A stretch of DNA of 64,000 bases from Eledone cirrhosa (GCA_964016885.1 OZ024754.1:33418001-33482000); one strand, 5' to 3'; counted from the stretch's first letter, positions 31,423 through 47,330 are shown. Made by a program: numbers and translations. Notes: generated from the sequence alone by a model not told the origin.

Positions 31423-31640
31423 GGATATTGTAATATATTTAAATAATTACTATCTCCTTTAACCTTTTCATTTTCAGGTTGGTGGAGGCGTCTCCTCTGG
31501 TGTCGTGTTACTATGGTTTCAACAATATTAGCAAAACATCTCCTTCCTCTCTCCAATCTCCCTCCACCCCCACCCCCCTCCTCTCTCTATCTATCTATCT
31601 ATCTCTCTCTCTATATATATATATATGTATATATCCATCA

Positions 31641-31684
<44 letters not shown>

Positions 31685-31685
31685 G

Positions 31686-31716
<31 letters not shown>

Positions 31717-31734
31717 TAATGTATATAATATATA

Positions 31735-31787
<53 letters not shown>

Positions 31788-31795
31788 GTATATAA

Positions 31796-31838
<43 letters not shown>

Positions 31839-31856
31839 TAATGTATATAATATATA

Positions 31857-31907
<51 letters not shown>

Positions 31908-31934
31908 ATATATATAATATATATAATGTATATA

Positions 31935-31992
<58 letters not shown>

Positions 31993-32016
31993 TATATAAT
32001 ATATATAATGTATATA

Positions 32017-32080
<64 letters not shown>

Positions 32081-32094
32081 TATATAATATATAT

Positions 32095-32127
<33 letters not shown>

Positions 32128-32229
32128 CTTTCAATCCCCCTCTCTTTCTGTCGCTATCTATCTATATCTGTATCTCTCTCTCTCTCACATACTCTATCTA
32201 TCATATCTATCAAATTTATCTACTTTTCT

Positions 32230-32323
<94 letters not shown>

Positions 32324-33211
32324 TCTCTATCTATCTATCTATCTATCTCTATATATATATATATATCTCATATTTATCTATTTACATCTATCTATCTTCC
32401 ACTCTCTCTTTCTCTCTCTCTCTCTCGTGCTCTCTCTCTATCTATCTCGACATCTCCCTCTCACTATCTATCTATCTACATATCTATATATCAGTCTTAC
32501 GGTTTGTCTCTCTAACTGTCTATCTATACATCTTCTCCGATAACAGCACCCTCTCACTACATCTATCTCTCTACCTCTCTCTACCTCTGCCTACCTCTCT
32601 CTACTCCCTCTCACTACATCTATCTCTCTACCTCTGCCTACCTCTCTCTACACCCTCTCACTACATCTATCTCTCTACCTCTCTCTACCTCTCTCTACAC
32701 CCTCTCACTACACCTATCTCTCTACCTCCGCCTACCTCTCTCTACCTCTCTCTACTCCCTCTCACTACACCTATCTCTCTACCTCTCTCTACCTCTCTCT
32801 ATACCCTCTCACTACATCTATCTCTCTACCTCTCTCTACCTCTGCCTATCTCACTCTACCTCTCTCTACTCCCTCTCACTACATCTATCTCTCTCTACTC
32901 CCTCTCACTACATCTATATCTCTACCTCTCTCTACCTCTGCCTACCTCTCTCTACTCCCTCTCACTACATCTATCTCTCTACCTCTCTCTACCTCTCTCT
33001 ACCTCTCTCTACTCCCTCTCACTACATCTATCTCTCTACCTCTCTCTCTACCTCTCTCTACTCCCTCTCACTACATCTATATCTCTACCTCTCTCTACAC
33101 CCTCTCACTACATCTATCTCTCTACCTCTCTCTCTACCTCTCTCTACTCCCTCTCACTACATATATATATCCTCCCCCTATATATCTCTCTGTCTTTAAC
33201 TATCTATCTCC

Positions 33212-33243
<32 letters not shown>

Positions 33244-33541
33244 CTGTCTTTATCTATCTATCTCCCTCTCCCTCTCTTTCTCGATCAATTTATCTCACTA
33301 TCTTCCCCTTTATCCTTTTATCTTCCTCTCTATCTATCTATCTCTCTCTCTATCTATCTATCCCCCTTTGACTCTCTCTTTATCTATCTATCCCTCTCTC
33401 TCTCTCTCTCTCTCTTTATCTATCTATCTCCCTCTGCCTCTCTTTCTCGATCAATTTATCTCACTATCTTCCCCTTTATCCTTTTATCTATCTATCTATC
33501 TATCTATCTCCCCCTCTCGCTCTCTCTTTATCTATCTATCT

Positions 33542-33576
<35 letters not shown>

Positions 33577-33725
33577 ATCTATCTATCTCCCTCTCTCTCT
33601 TTATCTATCTATCTATCTATCTCCCCCTCTCGCTCTCTCTTTATGTATCTATCTATCCCCCCCCTCTCTCTCTCTTTATCTATCTATCTGCCCCTCTCTC
33701 TTTATATATCTATTTTATCTATCTC
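32230..33725. repeat. Pyrimidine-rich (CT)n/(CTCTAC)/(CTAT) satellite block
   Basis: Recurring ccctctcactacatctatctctctacc units. Confidence 0.9.
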
Positions 33726-33990
33726 CCTTACACTTTCTGAGGGAGCTTGCATAATATTTAGATGGGTTCCGTACCGTGTCTGACGCCATCACCGACAGAC
33801 AGTTAAAAGTTAACCTCCTCAATAGGAGAGCTTGACTCTATTTAACCTCGTTGATACGTTCCAGAAACAAAGCTTCCGGCGACATCTTGTCACACGAATA
33901 AGTAAAACAAACCGCCATTTTCTCTATGTAGTATGATGACCTTATATGAAGAAAAATATCTATATATGTGGATTATACATGTGTATAGGA

Positions 33991-33994
<4 letters not shown>

Positions 33995-34029
<35 letters not shown>

Positions 34030-34089
34030 GAGAAAAAGAGGGATAGTTAGATAGATAGAGAAAGAGTGAGAGATAAATAGATACATAGA

Positions 34090-34161
<72 letters not shown>

Positions 34162-34225
34162 GAGAAAAATAGGGATAGTTAGATAGATAGAGAGAGAAAG
34201 AGTGAGAGATAAATAGATACATAGA

Positions 34226-34297
<72 letters not shown>

Positions 34298-34380
34298 GAG
34301 AAAGAGAGGGATAGTTAGATAGATAGAGAGAGAGAGAAAGAGTGAGAGATAAATAGATACATAAATGCATATATATATAT
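33995..34380. repeat. Three tandem ~70-bp units separated by variable (TA)n
   Basis: attataagagaaa..gggatagttagatagatagag..agtgagagataaatagatacata.atgc three times. Confidence 0.9.
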
Positions 34381-34686
34381 ATGTTCGGTAATAATCATAT
34401 ATAAATAAGACACACGTGCATGCCCCACGTGTAACCGTTGCATGCAATAACTATTACAACTGATTAACAAACTATCCTCTTGCATTATCTTCGTAAACTG
34501 CCGATGTTGTATTTTAATTTTAATTTTGCTTTGATTCTGTTTTAATATGATTTTAATTTTTGAATTTAAATTGCCATGCAAAAATAATATAATGGATGTC
34601 ACCCCACTGTGCATCAATATATACTTATGTATCTGTATGTCTCTTGTGTTGGAAAGGAGGTCATGTATGTAAACAAATATTGAAAT

Positions 34687-34738
34687 ATTGCTCCGAAGAC
34701 TCCAAAACTCGGTTTGGATGAAACAATTGTAAGCTAAT
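34687..34738 (+). ncRNA. Minimal type I hammerhead-like motif (PLE family F, C4 variant)
   Basis: GCT-CCGAAGA-C-TCCAAA-actcgg-TTTGGA-T-GAAA-CAATTG-TA-AGC. Confidence 0.65.
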
Positions 34739-35148
34739 AAATGGTTTGAACAGAACTTTGATTCATGTGATTTCTATATAACTGCTCTGTAGAACAACTG
34801 ATGTTATTACATTGAGCTATTTATCTTACTGGTAATAAGGTAGTAATATATTACTGTTTTTCACTGTTTAGGGTTTAAAAGTTTTAGTATATACATAACC
34901 ATAAATAGTATCCTTAATACTATATATGTATGTATGTATTTATATATATTGCACGAACACACCCTCCACATACACATATATATATACACACACACACATA
35001 TATATACATATATGTATAAACATATATATATTATAAACATATATATATACATCTACATATATACATATATATACATATATACATATATACATATATGTAC
35101 GTATATACATACATATATATATATACATATATATATGCATATATATAT

Positions 35149-35184
<36 letters not shown>

Positions 35185-35233
35185 GTGTATATATGTATAT
35201 ACATATATATATGTATGTATGTATATGTATATA

Positions 35234-35278
<45 letters not shown>

Positions 35279-35682
35279 GTACATATATATACGTACATAT
35301 ATAAATGTAAGTATGTATACGTACATACATATATGTATACCGACGTACAGTAGTATGTATATATATATACATACATGCACACATATACATATATATGTAC
35401 GTATGGGTTTACCGAACATATATATGTATGTATATATATATTCACTACAATTTATTATAAATTAAATTTATAAATTTAAGAATTTATAAACTTCCGGTTG
35501 GTTTGTTGGTTCCACAACCGGACGGTTGTTCATATATACGTTTCCAGATAAAGAATCTTGCTAAACAAATTCAGAAACGAAATATATATATATGTATATA
35601 TATGTATATATATATCTATATATATATGTATATATGTATATATATATACATATATACATATATGTATATATACATATATATA

Positions 35683-35885
35683 TATTTATTAAAATAACAG
35701 ATTAAAGTTTAAGCAAAGAATCGCTGCTTTCACCCTTAACGGGATCTTCTGAAACAGCTATTCTTTGCTTAAACTTTAATCTGTTATTTTAATAAATATT
35801 TGCTCTACGGTTCTTATATATTTGATATATATTTTCCTTATCGAGCCCTCTTTGGATTTTAGTCTTCAATTTTATTATTATTACT
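35683..35885 (+). mobile_element. PLE pLTR fold-back, family D, second palindromic copy
   Basis: Same arm and tail as 27456-27646, with a different turn-around point. Confidence 0.85.
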
Positions 35886-35910
35886 ATACATATATATATG
35901 CATACTTAAC

Positions 35911-36606
<696 letters not shown>

Positions 36607-36609
36607 TTT

Positions 36610-36830
36610 GTGAAGGCGTGTGGCTGAGTGGTTAGGGAATTGGATTCGCAATCGTAAGGTCGTGAGTTCGATTCCTGGACCAGGTGATGCGTTATGTCCT
36701 TGAGCAAGACACTTTATTTCACGTTGCTCCTTCTACCTGGAGTTGCGACCGATAGATAGTATTAGCAATTGGAAAGACCAACGGAAACATTGTTCCCTCG
36801 GTCCGATTTGACGAATAGTCGATCGTTCTT
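36610..36830 (+). mobile_element. CORE-type tRNA-derived SINE
   Basis: tggctgagtgg (A-box), gttcgattcc (B-box), tgtccttgagcaagacactt (CORE-like). Confidence 0.85.
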
Positions 36831-36832
36831 TC

Positions 36833-36864
<32 letters not shown>

Positions 36865-36929
36865 CATATATATATACATATATATATATATACATATATG
36901 AGCATTATAATAATATATGTAGTATATTT

Positions 36930-37062
36930 ACGTCTCTTTACGGACTGAGTTCAAATCCCGCCGAGGTTAACTTTGCCTTTCATCCTTACGGGGTCGATAA
37001 AATAAAGTACCAGTAATACACTGGGTAATTGCTGGCCTTGTGCCAAAAGGTAGAAACAATTA
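36930..37062 (+). mobile_element. Meta-domain SINE, 5'-truncated
   Basis: B-box through the 3' end present. Confidence 0.85.
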
Positions 37063-37291
37063 TAATAATATATGTAGTAAGAAACACAGCATATCGTGTG
37101 TCTAATATTACGAGGGTTAAGGAACCACATTTGTTTGAAATATTTAACCATGAAGCAGACAAAATGATAAAATGAAATTAAATAAACCGCCTCAATATAT
37201 ATATATATATATACATGTGTGTGTATATATATCTATATGTATATATATATATGTATATATATAGATATATATGTATATATATATGTATATA

Positions 37292-37352
<61 letters not shown>

Positions 37353-37403
37353 CTATATGTATATATATATGTATATATATAGATATATATGTATATATAT
37401 ATG

Positions 37404-37491
<88 letters not shown>

Positions 37492-37563
37492 GATATATAT
37501 ATACATATAGATATATATATACATATATATATATATACATATATATACATATATATATATATG

Positions 37564-37651
<88 letters not shown>

Positions 37652-37964
37652 CAAATCTCTCAAATAACCACCCCAAAGAGAAAAGCAGAAATATTTATGA
37701 CAAATTGTCTATAAAACATGAAAACGTTTCGAAAACGTATGACTTTCAATTGGAAGATATTTCCAACTTTGTTGGGTTCCTCGAACCAGTGCTATAGTAA
37801 TGGTAATTAACCATTAACTTAACCATTTACCAAAAACGCATACGGCTCAAGGCGCAAAATCTTTCTGGGAATATGGCGTCCGTTTATTACTTCCGGAAAC
37901 CATAAGGACAATCGCAACACGTCGTTAAAGGTTTTATTTGCTGTCATATTGCGTACTTCTATGT

Positions 37965-39136
37965 TTTAGTTTGTGTGCGTGTGTGTATGTGTGTATTATA
38001 TAGGTGTGTGTATGTGGGTAGGCCTTAGTTTGTGTATGTGTATTCTATATAGTGTGTGTGTGTTTTATATATGTGTGTTTATGTGGGTAGACCTTAGTGT
38101 GTGTATATGTGTTTTCTTAGTGTATTTGGCTAGGCCTTAGTGTGTGCATGTGTATTTTCTATTGGTGTGTGTATGTGGGTAGAACTTAGTGTGTGTATGT
38201 GTGTTTTATGTAGGTGTGTGTATGTTGGTAGGCCTTAATGTGTGTATGTGTGTTTTATGTGGAGGACAGGTGTTAGTGTGTATGTGTGTGTTTTATGTGT
38301 AGGACAGGTCTTAGTGTGTGTGTGTGTATGTGTTTTATATGGAGGACAGGTGTTAGTGTGTATGTGTGTGTGTATGTGTGTGTGTGTGTGTAGGACAGGT
38401 CTTAGTGTGTATGTGTATGTTTTATGTGTAGGACAGGTTTTAGTGTATGCGTGTGTGTGTATGTGGACAGGTCTTAGTGTGTATGTGTATGTTTTATGTG
38501 TAGGACAGGTCTTAGTGTGTGTGTGTGTATGTGTTTTATATGGAGGACAGGTGTTAGTGTGTATGTGTGTGTGTATGTGTGTGTGTGTGTGTAGGACAGG
38601 TCTTAGTGTGTATGTGTATGTTTTATGTGTAGGACAGGTTTTAGTGTATGCGTGTGTGTGTATGTGGACAGGTCTTAGTGTGTATGTGTATGTTTTATGT
38701 GTAGGACAGGTTTGAGTGTATGTGTGTGTGTGTGTAGGTAGGACAGGTGTTAGTGTGTATGTGTGTGTGTGTGTGTGTGTAGGACAGGTGTTAGTGTGTA
38801 TGTGTATGTGTGTGTGTGTGTAGGACAGGTCTTAGTGTGTATGTGTATGTTTTATGTGTAGGACAGGTTTTAGTGTATGCGTGTGTGTGTATGTGGACAG
38901 GTCTTAGTGTGTATGTGTATGTTTTATGTGTAGGACAGGTTTGAGTGTATGTGTGTGTGTGTAGGTAGGACAGGTGTTAGTGTGTATGTGTGTGTGTGTG
39001 TGTGTGTAGGACAGGTGTTAGTGTGTATGTGTATGTGTGTGTGTGTGTAGGACAGGTCTTAGTGTGTATGTGTATGTTTTATGTGTAGGACAGGTTTGAG
39101 TGTATGTGTGTGTGTGTAGGTAGGACAGGTGTTAGT

Positions 39137-39174
<38 letters not shown>

Positions 39175-39453
39175 GACAGGTGTTAGTGTGTATGTGTATG
39201 TGTGTGTGTGTGTAGGACAGGTCTTAGTGTGTATGTGTATGTTTTATGTGTAGGACAGGTTTGAGTGTATGTGTGTGTGTGTAGGTAGGACAGGTGTTAG
39301 TGTGTATGTGTGTGTGTGTGTGTGTAGGACAGGTGTTAGTGTGTATGTGTATGTGTGTGTGTATGTGGACAGGTCTTAGTGTGTATGTGTATGTTTTATG
39401 TGTAGGACAGGTTTGAGTGTATGTGTGTGTGTGTAGGTAGGACAGGTGTTAGT

Positions 39454-39495
<42 letters not shown>

Positions 39496-39520
39496 GACAG
39501 GTGTTAGTGTGTATGTGTAT
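37965..39520. repeat. Minisatellite with AGGACAGGT(G/C)TTAG core and variable (GT)n; higher-order structure
   Basis: Core recurs dozens of times; older diverged units at 37965-38240. Confidence 0.92.
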
Positions 39521-39906
39521 CTATATATGGTGATGTGTAGATTATTTATTTAGAACTGTTTCATTCTTTAAAACCAGTTAGATCCTGTTGTGAATCCGTC
39601 TTAATTATCTAATATGTCTAAAGGTGTTCTTTGCTTTTAGATTCTGTCTTGGCTATGTCGCATGTTGCGTTGTCTTCATCGGCCCCTCTATAACAAGCAT
39701 ACATCCCATTATCTTTTATTTACTCCTTCACTAAACTACTTTCTCTCTTTTTCTTTTTCTGTCGTTTTTTTCTTTCTTCCTTTCCTGATAACAAGGGTTT
39801 CGTCTCGACTGAGACTTATATTTTGTGCCCGCTTTTTCTTCTTCTAATCATTGACGTTTGTCAACTACCAATCACCTCAAACTCTTGCACACATTCAGTG
39901 GGATGA

Positions 39907-39990
<84 letters not shown>

Positions 39991-40020
39991 GATATACAGA
40001 TATATATATATATATATATA

Positions 40021-40387
40021 TTAGAAAGTGAGGTTTTTTTTACAAAATGAAAAATAACCGAGGTGTCCTACACGAGTGAAAGTATAAAGAAAAAGGGATG
40101 AAATCGAAAATGCAACTGGAGTCTTATTTTTTTTTTAAATATATATATTTATTTGGTTCCTTTACCGGTTTCGCAGTTCTTCTGCTTTTCAAAAGGTGAG
40201 TTGAGATGGAGGGTCTGTGGTTTTTCTCACATCTGGGTGAGAAAATGTGAGAAAAACCACAGACCCTCCATCTCAACTCACCTTTTGAAAAGCAGAAGAA
40301 CTGCGAAACCGGTAAAGGAACCAAATAAATATATATATTTTAAAAAAAAATAAGACTCCAGTTGCATTTTCGATTTCATCTCTTTTT

Positions 40388-40391
<4 letters not shown>
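40021..40391. mobile_element. PLE pLTR fold-back, family B, with one HHR on each strand
   Basis: ~40085-40232 inverted relative to 40246-40391; tail 40021-40085. Confidence 0.85.
40281..40318 (+). ncRNA. Minimal hammerhead with U3/A8 core
   Basis: CCTT-TTGAAAA-GCAG-aagaa-CTGC-GAAA-CCGG-TA-AAGG; mirror copy at 40159-40196 (-). Confidence 0.8.
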
Positions 40392-40423
<32 letters not shown>

Positions 40424-40425
<2 letters not shown>

Positions 40426-40612
40426 CGAAGGAAATGTGGCAAGGAACCAGGTGGACCATAACGCACCAAAGTACTCAATACTTAGGGTAGTAGAGTGGGT
40501 AATAGGAACGAGTAGGACCCCGACGGCTGAGCTCAAGCCGTTTCGACGGCTAATTCTGGACTCAATTAGCCGTCGAAACGGCTTGACCTCAGCCGTCGGG
40601 GTCCTACTCGTT

Positions 40613-40616
<4 letters not shown>
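40424..40616 (-). mobile_element. PLE pLTR fold-back, family C copy 3
   Basis: Palindrome 40503-40616 with the tail on the left. Confidence 0.75.
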
Positions 40617-40671
<55 letters not shown>

Positions 40672-40737
40672 CAAGAAAGAGGACTACCTATAACGATAAC
40701 CTGTTATACAGTATATATATATATATATATATATATA

Positions 40738-40833
40738 TAGGAAAAAGTATGACCAGGACTCCAGAAATAGCCGTCGAAACGGCTTGAGCTCTGCCGTCGG
40801 GGTCATACTTTTTCCTATTGCCCACTCTACCAC
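40738..40833 (+). mobile_element. Family C copy 4 (short inverted arm, truncated tail)
   Basis: taggaaaaagtatgacc inverted relative to ggtcatactttttccta; abuts a Meta SINE at 40838-40948 (-). Confidence 0.7.
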
Positions 40834-41170
40834 TCTCCGTAAGGATGAAAGGCAAAGTTTACCTCGGCGGGATTTGAATTCAGACAAGAAAGGAGCGTAA
40901 CTCTCTGCTGTCAAGCATGGCGTCCAACCTTCTGCCGATACTGCCAATAAACGGGTTGTCCCTTTGCAAGAGACCAGGTCGAAGGACCGTGTTTTGCTCA
41001 CACGGGACCTATTTTGGCTAAGTTTCTACGGCTGGATGCCTTTTAGCTAGGTTTCTACGGCAAGTGCCTTGTTTCAGTGGGGTACCAGAGGACAAGTCCA
41101 CCATATAATGGTATATCGTGCAATTGCCATACTCGATAACGAGGGCGCAGCCACCATGTATGTATGTATG

Positions 41171-41207
<37 letters not shown>

Positions 41208-41280
41208 GTATATTTATGTATATATATATATGTAATTATGCATATATGTATGTATGTATATATGCATGTATGTATATATC

Positions 41281-41800
41281 CCACCAAGGTTTCTTGGTGA
41301 GGAGGGTGACTTTGGACATCCTGCAGGACTAAAAACAAAACCTGTCAAAGGGCAAAGGAGCTCTTAAGAGTCAATGGCCATCCAAAATCACCGGGAGAGA
41401 TGACCCCTTAGCCTTTGTCAAGGCAGAATTCTAGGAGAAGGAAAACTCTGATATAACACCTGCAACCCTGATGGTATCCAATGATGTTGACTTGTTCTTC
41501 TTTTTGGTAAATATCATCTTGGTTAAGAGAGTGGGACTGGCTTTGTGCAGTGCCTTTGCTCACTATAAAAGCTTCACGGCACAGGCATTGCTTTATATCT
41601 GGAGATCTCTCTGCACTTGTTGTCACATGGTACCATGGACCCAGCACTATGTGTCAATAATTGTCACAAGTGTAGTGTTTGTACCAGAGTTTTCAAGTCG
41701 CTGGCTGTTCTAAAAAGTCACACTCGTTCAGCGCATCGGTAGGGGTTCTCCTACATGGATGTAAAGTAGTGGCCGTACTCGAAAACGAGTTGGCAGCCAC
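41281..41800 (+). mobile_element. Longer copy of the non-coding RTE-type retroposon
   Basis: Extends the 10007 copy by ~85 bp at the left, with hairpin caccaag-gttt-cttggtg. Confidence 0.65.
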
Positions 41801-41933
41801 TATGTATCTATCCATGTGTGTGTGTGTATATGCATACAAATACACACACACATACACACACACACACAAGGCAATGAATATTCAAAGTTTGAAACAGATG
41901 CATATAGACAAAGGCTCATAGAATGAAACAGAG

Positions 41934-41990
<57 letters not shown>

Positions 41991-42195
41991 TGAGTGAATG
42001 AGAATGAAAGAATTATATATAGAGAGGGATGTATGTATATACATTCCTCTCTATATATGTGTGTGTGTATATATGTATATATATGTGTGTGTGTATATGT
42101 ATATGTATATTTATATATGTATGTAAATATATATGTATATATATATGTATATATATACATGTATATATATATATATATATGTATATATATACATG

Positions 42196-42244
<49 letters not shown>

Positions 42245-42295
42245 GTATATATATGTATTTATATATGTATATACATATTTATATATATATATACA

Positions 42296-42360
<65 letters not shown>

Positions 42361-42808
42361 ATATACGTATATATACATAAATATATATATATGTGTGCTT
42401 TTACAAGGCCCTACGTCATTCACAAAGTTGGTACAGAGCAAAATACCTGTTGATAACGTGATATTCCTTGTTCGATCATTATACCAAAGGCTTATAGTTT
42501 TAAGGAGACAGTATTATTGATTTAGATGTCATAGAAACCTTGTATTTGGATTTTACCCTCAATTCCAATGGGTCCAGGTCTGTTTTTATCATTTATTTTG
42601 TTTGACCTATTTAGCTTGATTTGTTTTGTTTTTTTGGCTTATGTGGTTAATGCCTTCTTGACCACTTTTTCAGTTTGTATGGCATTTTAACATATTGTTT
42701 AGCTCTGTTTTTTTTTTAACTATTGAGCGCTTGAAACGATAACTCTGATTTGCGTTTCGTTTCGCTTTTTCTACCCGCCGAAATGCGATTCTCGCTTAAT
42801 TTATATTC

Positions 42809-42881
<73 letters not shown>

Positions 42882-42882
42882 T

Positions 42883-42921
<39 letters not shown>

Positions 42922-42933
42922 TAAATATATGTG

Positions 42934-43061
<128 letters not shown>

Positions 43062-43235
43062 TAAATATATGTGTATATATATACATATATATATATGTAT
43101 ATATATATATATGTATATATAGATGTATATATATATATATACATATATATATATACATATATATATATGTATATATATATGTATTTATATATATATGTAT
43201 ATATATATGTATATATATATGTATATAAATGTGTG

Positions 43236-43269
<34 letters not shown>

Positions 43270-43345
43270 CATATATATATACTTATATATATATGTACAT
43301 ATATATATGTATATATATGTGTGTGTTTATATATGTATATATATG

Positions 43346-43441
<96 letters not shown>

Positions 43442-43442
43442 C

Positions 43443-43473
<31 letters not shown>

Positions 43474-43495
43474 TATGTGTGTTTATATATATATG

Positions 43496-43576
<81 letters not shown>

Positions 43577-43985
43577 GTGTGTGTGTATGTATATATATAT
43601 ATGTAAATATATTACACAGATAGAAGTGTGTTACACAGTGAGATGTGTGTAAAGAATGATTACATGAGAGTTTAACCGTTACATTCTCTGTTCTTCTTTG
43701 AGCTAATATTAGCTGTGAACTGCGGAATACTCTAATTCCGATACTTGTATATATATATGTATTTATATATATGTATATATATGTATGTATATATATGTAT
43801 ATATATATGTATATATATGTATATATATATGTATATATATGTATATATATATGTATATATATGTGTATATATATGTGTATATATATATATGTATATATAT
43901 ATATGTATATATATATATGTATATATATATGTATATATATGTATATATATATGTATATATATATATGTTTATATATATATATGTG

Positions 43986-44016
<31 letters not shown>

Positions 44017-44025
44017 ATGTGTGTG

Positions 44026-44079
<54 letters not shown>

Positions 44080-44182
44080 CATATATAAATATATGTATAT
44101 ATATATGTATATATATATATATATATGTGTATATATATATGTATATATATATGTATATATATACGTATGTATATATATATAC

Positions 44183-44266
<84 letters not shown>

Positions 44267-44337
44267 GTATGTATATATATATATATATATATATACATAC
44301 ATATATATATATATATATTTAAAGATATATATATATA

Positions 44338-44414
<77 letters not shown>

Positions 44415-44541
44415 ATGTATATATTTATATGTATATATGTATATATATATATATGTATATATGTATATATATATATATATGTGTAGATGTATATATAGGT
44501 GTACATATATATATATATGTGTATATGTATATATATATATG

Positions 44542-44572
<31 letters not shown>

Positions 44573-44671
44573 GTATATATATATGTATATATGTATATAT
44601 ATATATATGTGTACATATATATATATGTATATGTATATGTATATATATATGTATATGTATATATATATGTG

Positions 44672-44738
<67 letters not shown>

Positions 44739-44863
44739 GTATATAGATATATATATGTATATATATCTATATATATATGTATATATATATATGTGTATAT
44801 ATATATGTATATATATATATATATATGTATATTTATATATATATATATATATGTATGTATATT

Positions 44864-44912
<49 letters not shown>

Positions 44913-44931
44913 GTATATACATATATGTGTG

Positions 44932-45083
<152 letters not shown>

Positions 45084-45134
45084 GAAAGAAAAGTATCGAA
45101 ATAGGCGACAGCTATATAAAAGAGAGGGTGATTG

Positions 45135-45232
<98 letters not shown>

Positions 45233-45472
45233 ACATACATATATATACATATATATACATATATATATATACATATATGTGTGTGTGTTTGTGAGTGTGT
45301 ATATATATATATATAATATATATATATATTTCTACTTATATATATATATATATTCCTACTTATATATATATATATATATACATATATTTATACTTATATA
45401 TATATATATAATTCTACTTATATATATATATATATATATTTTTCTACTTATATATATATATATATATTTCTA

Positions 45473-45511
<39 letters not shown>

Positions 45512-45594
45512 CTACTTATATATATATATATATATATTTCTACTTATATATATATATATATATATATTTCTATATATATATATATATATTTCTA

Positions 45595-45689
<95 letters not shown>

Positions 45690-45842
45690 CTACTTATATA
45701 TATACATATATATAATGAAAGAAAAGTGTAGAAGCAGACGACAGCTAAATAAATGTGTGTAATATTCGGAGCGACCATAAAATAACTATAACAATAACAC
45801 AATTGGTTTACTAATAGAAGATATAACATCACGTGCCATCAA

Positions 45843-46160
45843 TACTATTACTACTACTGTTGCTACTACTACTGATGCTATTGCTGCTGCTGCTACTACT
45901 ACTACTGCTACTGCTACTACTAATACTATTGTTACTACTACTACTATTACTGCTACTACTGCTGCTGCTGCTAGTGCTACTGCTGCTAGTGCTACTACTA
46001 CTACTACTTCTGCTACTGCTTCTACTACTACTTCTACTGCTGCTGCTACTACTGCTTCTATTACTACCACTACTACTACTGCTGCTGTTACTACTACTAC
46101 TACTACCACTACTGTTACTACTGCTACTATTAGTACTACTACTAGTACTACTACTACTAC
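45843..46160. repeat. (CTA/CTG)n trinucleotide repeat
   Basis: Directly visible. Confidence 0.95.
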
Positions 46161-46234
46161 TGACAATATCTAGATCACCTCCACCCCTTCTACCACTACA
46201 GTTGTTATTTTCATTAAAACCCTCATTATTATAT

Positions 46235-46835
46235 GCTTTGATGCATAGAGTTACGGCCCTTGCCATTCTGAGTTCAAATCCCGCCTGAGGTTGACTTTGC
46301 CTTTCATCCTTACGGGGTCGATAAAATAAAGTACCAGTCATACACTGGGTAATTGCTGGCCTTGTGCCTAAAGTAGAAACAATTATTATTACTATAATTG
46401 GGCGGTGGATTGGGAGTATCAGTAAAGAGTCGGACGCCATGCTTTGTAGCATGGAGTTGTGGCCTTTACGTTCTGAGTTCAAATCCCGCCGAGGTTAACT
46501 TTGCCTTTCATCCTTACGGGGTCGATAACATAAAGTACTAGTAATGCACTGGGGTCGATTTAATGGACTTTCCCCTCGCCCCAAATTGCTGGCCTTGTGC
46601 CTATACTAGAAATCATTATTATTACAGTTGATGGTAGGGCGGTGGATTGGCAGTATCTGTTGAGGGTCGGACGCCATGCTTTGTAGCATAGAGTTACGTC
46701 CCTTTACGGTCTGAGTTCAAATCCCGCCCGAGGTTAACTTTGCCTTTCATCCTTACGGGGTCGATAAAATAAAGTACCAGTAATGCACTGGGTAATTGCT
46801 GGCCTTGTGCCTAAAGTAGAAACCATTATTATTAC
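46235..46835 (+). mobile_element. Three tandem Meta-domain SINEs
   Basis: Consensus repeated three times; the middle copy is the long variant. Confidence 0.85.
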
Positions 46836-47044
46836 AGTTTATGATGATGGTGGTAGCGGTGTCGGTATTGGAAGAAACAACGATGATATGATGGCGAAAT
46901 ATCGTGAACGTTGTCAAAGCAGAAAGCTATAGGCCATATATTTCTTTTGTGTCAATGTAGGGAAATATATGGATGCATATGTATATAGATAGGTATACAA
47001 ATAATGAGCTTTATGTAAGTATATATATATATATATATATATAA

Positions 47045-47177
<133 letters not shown>

Positions 47178-47207
47178 GATATATAGATAAATATATATGT
47201 GTATATA

Positions 47208-47284
<77 letters not shown>

Positions 47285-47330
47285 GTATGTATATATATAT
47301 ATATATATACACACATATATATATATATAT

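Noticed and set aside
36612-36685. tRNA gene
   Set aside because: A/B boxes continue into a SINE body with a second copy at 21863; no complete acceptor stem.
38260-39520. Constant core with variable spacers
   Set aside because: Spacers are GT slippage products, so this is a minisatellite.
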